NCBI GenBank assembly: GCA_964566135.1
Contig: CAZMHM010000002.1
Coordinates: 66,309-130,308 of the forward strand
DNA from: an uncultured Candidatus Saccharibacteria bacterium
GTDB taxonomy: Bacteria; Patescibacteriota; Saccharimonadia; Saccharimonadales; CAIOMD01
Direction: 5' to 3'
Length of the DNA: 64,000 nucleotides
Shown here: positions 57,069-64,000 of the stretch, in pieces
Layout of the letters: each line of letters opens with the position of its first letter
Position numbering within the stretch: the first letter of the stretch is position 1
Program-made: the position numbers and the translations under genes
The notes under the pieces: model-generated
What the model was told of the DNA's origin: nothing
What the model saw: only the letters and a program-made list of their open reading frames with translations
Database searches by the model: none

Positions 57069-59398
57069 GCATCAATCTCCGGCAAATCCACGCCATTCTG
57101 CTTGATGTAAGAAGTATTTTCGTCAATTTTGTTTCGATATTTTTGTACAAGTCCATCTGCATCTTCATGACTAATTGAGCCAAAAGTAGCCAGTTTTTCA
57201 TAGGCGTCGATGAGCAAATCATATCGACTTGTTTTATTGCGAACATGCATATCGAATGGAGTAGTTGTTGAGCCATTCTCAGTGTATCCATGCACTGAAT
57301 AACGGTGGCTATTATCATCAATGTATTCGAACAATATCGACTTAAGTGTCTCTGGGTAGCCATGGAAATTAAACACAGCAGGTTTATCACTGGTAAAGAT
57401 TTGCTCGAATTGTGGCTTCGTAATACACAGACCGCTTCCCCCGAGTCCGCAAGATGTCAGCGAAAGAATATTTACAAATCGACACCTAATATCTGGCCTA
57501 TCCTGCTTTAGTAGGTCAATCGCGGCTAAAGCTTCTTTCGTCATGTAATCACCCGCCGCAGAAAATACAATGTGTGGATCTTCTTCGCTCGCAAAATCCC
57601 AAATGTTAATGCCTAAGCCAAGATCTTGACGGGCCTGGTTTGGTGTTCGCCAGCGTGGCTCAAGTGTCTTTGCGGCATTAAGCACATTAATCATATTTGG
57701 CGTCGATAACATCGCTTCTAGTACGGCGATAGTAGAGTTACCGTCAGCCGGGAAATAAACATTCACAAGACCTTCGTGTCGACGCAAGACATCATCGATA
57801 AATCCAGGGTTTTGGTGCGAGAACCCATTATGATCCTGGCGCCAACCACTTGATGTAAGCATATAGTTAAACGATGCAACGTCACCCCGCCACGGCATTT
57901 CACGCGCGTGCGTCAAGAACTTTGCATACTGATCCATCATACTAACTACAACCTGGATAAAGGCTTCATAGCTTGCAAATACGGCATGACGTCCGGTTAG
58001 AACATACCCTTGTGTTAAGCCCTGTAAGTTATGCTCGCTGAGCATTTCCATAACACGCCCATCAGGAGCCATATCTTTGTCCCATGGTTCAATAGGCCAT
58101 ACCCACGCCCGTTTTGCTTCTTTGAAAATATCATCAATTTTGTTTGAATATGTTTCGTCTGGTGACATAACGCGGAAGTTCTTGTTCTCACGATTCAGCT
58201 TGAACACTTCGCTCATATATAACCCAGCGCGACGCATACTACTCGATCCCATTGTCCCTGGCTTTGATGCATCCTCGGCATACAGTTCAATATTTGGCAA
58301 AATAAGTGGTTTATAAATCGGCTCGCCACTGTGTGCATGCTTAGACATACCCATGCGTAGGTTTGGATCATCGGGTATAATTTCTTTAACAAAATCCCCA
58401 AAGCCATGTTCGCGGCTAAATAACTCTTCAAACTTATAGCTTCGCAACCACTCATCAAGCATGTGCAACTGATTTGCATCTGTTTTTGCTTCCATTAGAA
58501 CGACTTGGTGAGACAGCGCGTTACCTTCAATTTTTTCACCATTCAGTTCTTTTGGACCAGAAAAGCCTTTTGGCGTACGCAAAATAATCATTGGCAAATG
58601 CGGCGTCGCCGAACGATGGCTCGATTTAATATCTTTGATTGTTGTGTATGCCCAGTCAAGCGCTTCTTCAAGTTGCTCGTGCACGCCTTCAAAATTCACA
58701 ATACGTGGCTGGTAACCGTAACCTCTAAATAAATCGAGCAATTCTTTATCTGTCATGCGGCCATAAATAGTTGGCGCAGAAATCTTATAGCCGTTTAAGT
58801 GCAAAATAGGCAGCACAACACCATTTGTGCGAGGATCAACAAGCTTATTGAGATGCCAGGCGCCCGCAGTCGGGCCCGTTTCTGCTTCACCATCACCAAC
58901 AAGACACGCAGTAATCAAATCAGGATTATCAAGCACCGAACCATACGAGGTAGCGAGTGAATATCCAAGCTCACCACCCTCTAATATGACACCTGGGGTG
59001 CCTGGGTTGCTGTGGCTTGGAAATCCGTAAGGCCAGCTAAATTGTCGACATATATAGCCAATACCGTCCAACGACCGTTGTGCTTCAGGGTAAAAACGAC
59101 CAAGTGTTTCTTCCATGAACAAGTTTGCCTGTAAGGCAGGGAACGCGTGACCCGGCCCTAATACAAACATCATATCTTGGTTGTATTTCTTTATTAAATG
59201 GCTAAGATGAGCGTAAACAATGTTTACCCCTGGCCCAGAACCCCAGTGGCCAAGAAGCCTTGGCTTAACGTCATCTGCGGTGAGTGGCCGCTCTAATAAA
59301 AAATTATCTTTTAAAAATATTTGTGCCACTGTTAAGTAGTTTGCGGCACGAACATACTTCTCGAACGCCTGATGCATTTCACTCATTAATTTGCCCAC
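57050..59398 (-). CDS. xfp: xylulose-5-phosphate/fructose-6-phosphate phosphoketolase
   Basis: 782 aa; EGGELGYSL and GPGH TPP motifs of XFP family. Confidence 0.95.
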   Translation of the reverse strand: MGKLMSEMHQAFEKYVRAANYLTVAQIFLKDNFLLERPLTADDVKPRLLGHWGSGPGVNIVYAHLSHLIKKYNQDMMFVLGPGHAFPALQANLFMEETLGRFYPEAQRSLDGIGYICRQFSWPYGFPSHSNPGTPGVILEGGELGYSLATSYGSVLDNPDLITACLVGDGEAETGPTAGAWHLNKLVDPRTNGVVLPILHLNGYKISAPTIYGRMTDKELLDLFRGYGYQPRIVNFEGVHEQLEEALDWAYTTIKDIKSSHRSATPHLPMIILRTPKGFSGPKELNGEKIEGNALSHQVVLMEAKTDANQLHMLDEWLRSYKFEELFSREHGFGDFVKEIIPDDPNLRMGMSKHAHSGEPIYKPLILPNIELYAEDASKPGTMGSSSMRRAGLYMSEVFKLNRENKNFRVMSPDETYSNKIDDIFKEAKRAWVWPIEPWDKDMAPDGRVMEMLSEHNLQGLTQGYVLTGRHAVFASYEAFIQVVVSMMDQYAKFLTHAREMPWRGDVASFNYMLTSSGWRQDHNGFSHQNPGFIDDVLRRHEGLVNVYFPADGNSTIAVLEAMLSTPNMINVLNAAKTLEPRWRTPNQARQDLGLGINIWDFASEEDPHIVFSAAGDYMTKEALAAIDLLKQDRPDIRCRFVNILSLTSCGLGGSGLCITKPQFEQIFTSDKPAVFNFHGYPETLKSILFEYIDDNSHRYSVHGYTENGSTTTPFDMHVRNKTSRYDLLIDAYEKLATFGSISHEDADGLVQKYRNKIDENTSYIKQNGVDLPEIDAWQWDR

Positions 59399-59457
59399 TC
59401 TTTTATTATTTGCTTATGCTTTTATTGTACTCTTTTGTAACACCGATGCAAAAAAAG

Positions 59458-61083
59458 TTAGTTTGTTTGAATATCCCGTTTACTAAACCCGACAAATCCA
59501 ATCGTTCCAAGCACAATTCCAATACAAATATATACACCAATAACAGACCACTTCATCGATACGGCTGGGGCAAGTGGAAGATGATGCAACAATGACGTAT
59601 CTAAAATGTAGTGATTCAAATTAAGAATAGAGCCAAGCATTTCGATAATAAACGCCCAACCGATAAAGCTATACAACACTACTGCAGTAAGGCGTGGCTT
59701 AAGACCATATATAGCGAGACCAAATCCTACAATCACAAATCCAGCCGCAATCATATTGATGCTCGCAAGAAGCAATTTATACAGCGAAATATCTGCATGC
59801 TGGCTAATACCACCAAACCACCCTGCAACTGCGGTTACAAGTGAAAAGATTAGTATCCCAACTACAAATAGTGCTGTTTTGCTTGAGATAAACGATAACC
59901 TCCCTATCGGACGTACCAAAATATTATCAGTGTAGCCTTCTGCTTCTTCTTCGCGCATTGACGCAAGCATCCCCGCGACCATCAAAAGTAGCACTAAGGT
60001 AAAAATCAAGAATATAAAGCCATAGTATGTTTCTACGCCAAAATTAGATGACTGCGTCAGGCGCCCTAAAATATTTTGTACAAAATTGGACGAGTTAAAA
60101 GCATCACCAGCCGATTTCGCGACAGTGCCAAAAATCACAGCCATAAACGAAATACCTGCAAGCCATCCCAACAATGGTCCTTTCATTAGACGAATATTGA
60201 AGGTAGTCATATTTCGCAGTAGCCCCAATTTTGGTTCCGCTTGCTCGCTATCACCAATGATGCTTGCGCCAACATCTCGCCTTCCTGCAAGCCACCACGA
60301 CAACACAAGGCTCACTACGATTAACGTAATAGAAGGTATTAGCCACTGCCAATGGCTGCCAGTTAATGGCTGCAAATTTTCTATCCACCCAAGTGGGCTG
60401 AACGTCGCCATCCAGCCAAGGCTCGATACAGAAGCGGCCAACCCTCGCATCAAAAAAAACATTCCAAATACCACAGCGCTTGCTCGAAGCGCCTGTGCGC
60501 GAGTGGCAAACAGCTGACTCATTACCGAGCCAAGACTTGCAAAGATAGCAATACACACAACAAGGCTAAGGGCAAAGAATGCATTGCTAGCGACACTGAT
60601 ACCTGTTTGTTTATAGGCAGCTGATGCAATTGTAGCAATTGTGAGAATTACGAATATTACGATAAGCAAGATGCCAATTGCACTACTAACTTGTAGTGCA
60701 ATCTTTCTGAGTGTTGTCTTCCCTGCCAACATAAGTTCGGTTCTGCCAGCCTGCTCCTCGCCGCGAAATAAGCGCGTGGCAAGCATCAACCCCCAAATAG
60801 ATCCAATCAGAATTAACATTCCAAGCGAGCGCCACGACACAAACCCTCCAACGGTTTCAATTGCGTGTGGCGTACCTAATAGAACTTTCAAACCAATATT
60901 ATTTCCAAAACTATCTGCTAATTGCTGTCGAGATAATTCGGTTGGATAGCCGTTGATAAACCCGATAAAGGATGATGCAGCCATAAGCGCGCCCAAATAT
61001 GCAATAACAAGCGCCTGGCGCATATTCTTTTTTGCGTAAAACTTGGTAATTACATGATTATTGTCGCTACGTTTAGAAGCCAT
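59458..61083 (-). CDS. ABC-2-type transporter permease
   Basis: 541 aa polytopic membrane protein immediately downstream of ABC ATPase. Confidence 0.75.
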   Translation of the reverse strand: MASKRSDNNHVITKFYAKKNMRQALVIAYLGALMAASSFIGFINGYPTELSRQQLADSFGNNIGLKVLLGTPHAIETVGGFVSWRSLGMLILIGSIWGLMLATRLFRGEEQAGRTELMLAGKTTLRKIALQVSSAIGILLIVIFVILTIATIASAAYKQTGISVASNAFFALSLVVCIAIFASLGSVMSQLFATRAQALRASAVVFGMFFLMRGLAASVSSLGWMATFSPLGWIENLQPLTGSHWQWLIPSITLIVVSLVLSWWLAGRRDVGASIIGDSEQAEPKLGLLRNMTTFNIRLMKGPLLGWLAGISFMAVIFGTVAKSAGDAFNSSNFVQNILGRLTQSSNFGVETYYGFIFLIFTLVLLLMVAGMLASMREEEAEGYTDNILVRPIGRLSFISSKTALFVVGILIFSLVTAVAGWFGGISQHADISLYKLLLASINMIAAGFVIVGFGLAIYGLKPRLTAVVLYSFIGWAFIIEMLGSILNLNHYILDTSLLHHLPLAPAVSMKWSVIGVYICIGIVLGTIGFVGFSKRDIQTN

Positions 61084-61084
61084 T

Positions 61085-61984
61085 CTATGATTCCTTGGTA
61101 TTTTCGCTTTGACCGTACAGCGCCAAGAACAACTCTTCGAGTGAAGGTTCGCTACTTATTAACGTTTCCGGTTTTGCAGCAGCGATGATAGCCAGGAGTT
61201 CTGCAATCGGACCACGAACTTGGCACGTCAACTGATTACCTGCAACGACAACATTGCTGACACCCGCTAAGTGGCTAACCTTTGGTGGTGTCTTTTTAAA
61301 AACTGCCTGAATTGTTAAAGCCGATAAATGTCGCATTTGTTCGAGCGTTCCCACTTCGATAAGTTTGCCTGCGCGTAAAATTGCAACCCTATCACACAAC
61401 GCCTCTACTTCGCTCAAAATGTGTGATGATAAAAATATCGTTTGACCGTTAGCTTTTGCCTCCTCAACGCACGTACGGAATGCTTGCTCCATTAGTGGGT
61501 CAAGGCCACTTGTTGGCTCGTCAAGAATCAATAATTCAGCGCGAGTCATGAAAGCAGCAATCAAGCTAATCTTCTGTTTGTTGCCTTTTGAATACGTGCG
61601 CACTTTTTTATTTGGCTCAAACTGGAATCGCTCAATCAGTACTTTTTTGTAATCATCGTCGACAGACCCATGGAGTTGTCCAAGCAAGTGCAATGTTTCG
61701 GCGCCGGTTAGTGATGGCCAAAGCATCGTCTCGCCGGGTACATATGCTAGCCTCTTGTGAATCTCAATTTTGTTTTTTTGGCTGTCGAGCCCAAATAGTG
61801 TGGCACTACCGCTAGTTGGTCGAATTAAGCCTAGCAGTAAGCGAATTGTTGTGGTCTTGCCAGCACCATTTGGCCCTAAATAGCCCAGTACTTCACCCTT
61901 TTTAAGCTCTAGGTCTAACGGTTCTAGCGCAGCGACACCAGAATATACCTTTGATAAACCCTGTATTTGTATTATCGATTCCAC
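61085..61984 (-). CDS. ABC transporter ATP-binding protein
   Basis: GPNGAGKTT, LSGGQ-like SKGNKQK, ILDEPTSGLD. Confidence 0.9.
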   Translation of the reverse strand: MESIIQIQGLSKVYSGVAALEPLDLELKKGEVLGYLGPNGAGKTTTIRLLLGLIRPTSGSATLFGLDSQKNKIEIHKRLAYVPGETMLWPSLTGAETLHLLGQLHGSVDDDYKKVLIERFQFEPNKKVRTYSKGNKQKISLIAAFMTRAELLILDEPTSGLDPLMEQAFRTCVEEAKANGQTIFLSSHILSEVEALCDRVAILRAGKLIEVGTLEQMRHLSALTIQAVFKKTPPKVSHLAGVSNVVVAGNQLTCQVRGPIAELLAIIAAAKPETLISSEPSLEELFLALYGQSENTKES

Positions 61985-62141
61985 TTTTTTCCTCGATTCT
62001 TATACCATAAGTATCTCAGAATTTTCGCAATCGCCCAAACCTAAGTTATACATGGAATTGTAAGGTGTTTTTTGCTAAAATATGCAGGATATTATCTTCG
62101 ATAAAACACGCTTTGGGCTTCTAGCCGAGATATCATTATTA

Positions 62142-64000
62142 ATGCAAAATCAGCAGTCCTCTCATCATTTTCATACGTCTCGGCGCCTAAAACGTGCCCT
62201 ATTTAGCATATCGACAGTACTGCTGCTGGTTGCCACATGTCTCTGGGCTTTGCAGTCACCGTTGCTAATATTTGCTATCGTCAAAGTATCAAGTGTATTA
62301 ATTTTGGCGTTTTCGTTATACAAAATCGAAAAACAACCACTACCAACCTCAATGATGTATGGTGTTTTGTCACTATTGCTACTTGGAACTACGTTCACGC
62401 CTTTCTCGCTTAATATTGCCGAGGCTACGTCGTACGGACTTGAGTTCATAGTATTTTTTCTAGCAATTATTTGCATAGCAAAAGCGAAGCTGGTTGTTAA
62501 CAATGCATTTTTTTGGCTTGGAATTCTCTTAACAGCGTTAGTATTTTACGCAAACCTCGCCCTTATTCCACTAATGGCCATTACTGCACTTCTTATCACC
62601 GCAACCTATGCGATTTGGAGAAACTGGAAAATAACAATATTGGGCATAAAATGGCTATGTGTTAACGCCATTGGCATTGGTGTAATGGCTCTTGCAAGCG
62701 CAGTAACCAGGCATCTATTTTCAAATCATGATTTTTTTGTAACGGATAGATTGTTCAAGACACTAAACAGCATCAACTCACTCGAAGCACAGACATCTCA
62801 GAATTCTATAATCCAAAATTCTTTTACATTTACGCCTTCAGTAATTCTCATACTCATCACAAGCATAATGACCGTTATTGTTGGCACTGTTATGACGGCA
62901 CTTTTTGTCAGAGCAACGCTCGTCACGAAGCCACCAAAATCACATAAGCTCCCTACCGCTCCGTTAGTATCAATAATGCTGATATTTACCGGGGCTACAG
63001 CAATTGGCTTATACCTATTGCAATATCACACGGCTAGCTATTTATTTTTCGCCGTCCTAGCATCAATTTATGCAGTTATTTTTTCTTCGCTAACGTACAG
63101 CAAAACCGCAACAGTGAGCATACCGCGCTTGCTCGTCATTAGTATGTTTGCCAGCATGCTCATAGTGGGCTGCATGTTCGCAATGTCTGATACGGCAATT
63201 CATACACGCACCGAACGTCTATCTACATACGGCAGTCGTAACCAAGATATTACTGATGCACTAAAAAATCATCGGGTGAGCAATGTCGTAGGCGACTATT
63301 GGCGGCTACTCCCGCTTAGTACTAAGTTTCGAAGCCATAATCTTACTGTCGCGGGTTCTGATGCTTGTAGCCAATATACGGGCAACATGGCGATCGGGCA
63401 TAACCGAGAAACTAACGATGCATCTCTTGCCTATATATTAACGCTTGATAATCCCCAAGCACCAAACTGCAATCTTGTGGCAATCGAGAAAGAGTATGGA
63501 CAACCAAACTCGAGCCTTATTATTGCCGGTAGCCCAAATCATCCAAAGGAACTTTTGCTCTTCTATGACAAAGGTAAAAACACGATTCAATCAAAAACGT
63601 CGCAAAGCACACCGCGGGCTCCTCGTTCAATAGCTGCAGACGTATCACCGGCATGTAGTGATAAGACAATTCTTGTGAGCGTTGCCCATGAGGATGATGA
63701 CATCTTATTTATGAATCCGGATATTAATGCAAAGATTGCGGCAGGCTTTTGCATACGGACAATCTTTATGACAGCAGGCGATAATGGCGCGGGGAATTTT
63801 CACTGGCTTCGCAGAAAACAAGGTAGTCAGGCAGCCTACAGTACTATGCTTGGTAATCCTGACCTCGAATGGGTAGAAAAAACTATTCAAATCGATAAAT
63901 CAGCATTCTTAACCATCGCAAGCCCAAAGCAAAACCCTAATGTTTCACTTATATTTCTCAATGTACCCGATGGCAATCTTGCAGGACAGGGTTTTGATGG
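62142..64000 (+). CDS. polytopic membrane protein fused to C-terminal PIG-L/LmbE-family deacetylase domain (partial; open to window end; absent from ORF track)
   Basis: Uninterrupted frame from ATG 62142 to window end; >=8 TM helices then ILVSVAHEDDDILFMNPD resembling the PIG-L AHPDDE motif. Confidence 0.6.
   Translation, partial: MQNQQSSHHFHTSRRLKRALFSISTVLLLVATCLWALQSPLLIFAIVKVSSVLILAFSLYKIEKQPLPTSMMYGVLSLLLLGTTFTPFSLNIAEATSYGLEFIVFFLAIICIAKAKLVVNNAFFWLGILLTALVFYANLALIPLMAITALLITATYAIWRNWKITILGIKWLCVNAIGIGVMALASAVTRHLFSNHDFFVTDRLFKTLNSINSLEAQTSQNSIIQNSFTFTPSVILILITSIMTVIVGTVMTALFVRATLVTKPPKSHKLPTAPLVSIMLIFTGATAIGLYLLQYHTASYLFFAVLASIYAVIFSSLTYSKTATVSIPRLLVISMFASMLIVGCMFAMSDTAIHTRTERLSTYGSRNQDITDALKNHRVSNVVGDYWRLLPLSTKFRSHNLTVAGSDACSQYTGNMAIGHNRETNDASLAYILTLDNPQAPNCNLVAIEKEYGQPNSSLIIAGSPNHPKELLLFYDKGKNTIQSKTSQSTPRAPRSIAADVSPACSDKTILVSVAHEDDDILFMNPDINAKIAAGFCIRTIFMTAGDNGAGNFHWLRRKQGSQAAYSTMLGNPDLEWVEKTIQIDKSAFLTIASPKQNPNVSLIFLNVPDGNLAGQGFD

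Noticed and set aside
62171-62503. 110-aa minus-strand ORF
   Set aside because: Antisense to the long open + strand membrane/PIG-L gene, which has far better coding character.
1-64000. CRISPR arrays, IS elements/transposases, integrases, rRNA
   Set aside because: No direct-repeat/spacer periodicity, no transposase or integrase-like ORFs, and no rRNA-like conserved stretches seen by eye; BLAST or CRISPR-finder runs are needed to be certain.

Overview
This window looks like a compact chromosome segment with tightly packed genes, mostly on the minus strand, at about 45-48% GC. It is consistent with a small fermentative genome such as a Saccharibacteria/CPR-like organism, but that is an inference from gene content only: phosphoketolase plus acetate kinase, a split transketolase, gatCAB, and many small membrane hypotheticals. 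The recognisable content is central carbon metabolism (gap, rpiB, rpe, tkt N and C halves, fba, ppa, xfp, ackA), translation (gatCAB, pheST, two tRNA-like genes), redox (a Grx-TrxB fusion, an NrdH-like protein, NDH-2, an FAD-oxidase), transporters (RND, two ABC systems, two AI-2E paralogs, DMT, and a Nramp / two-component / P-type ATPase metal locus), envelope proteins (DsbB, fasciclin, FKBP, CapA, secreted coiled-coil proteins), uvrB, rmuC, metK with a candidate SAM riboswitch, and a DEAD-box helicase. The most unusual things are as follows. There are two short high-GC compositional islands (8.1-8.6 kb with GC3 about 90%, and 35.15-35.69 kb), each carrying a small self-contained ORF. A membrane-anchored ORF with a HEPN-like Rx4H motif sits inside the gatCAB operon. 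There is a PfkB-kinase / unknown 419-aa / LOG-like (TIGR00725) operon. The tRNA pair has non-canonical anticodon loops when folded by hand. An unannotated 39-aa CxxC ORF has a perfect SD. Many start codons have a -10-like box immediately upstream and no SD, including an identical 16-nt start context at gatC and uvrB. No CRISPR, IS element or rRNA was seen. A long + strand ORF (membrane domain plus PIG-L deacetylase) runs off the 3' end of the window and is absent from the ORF track.
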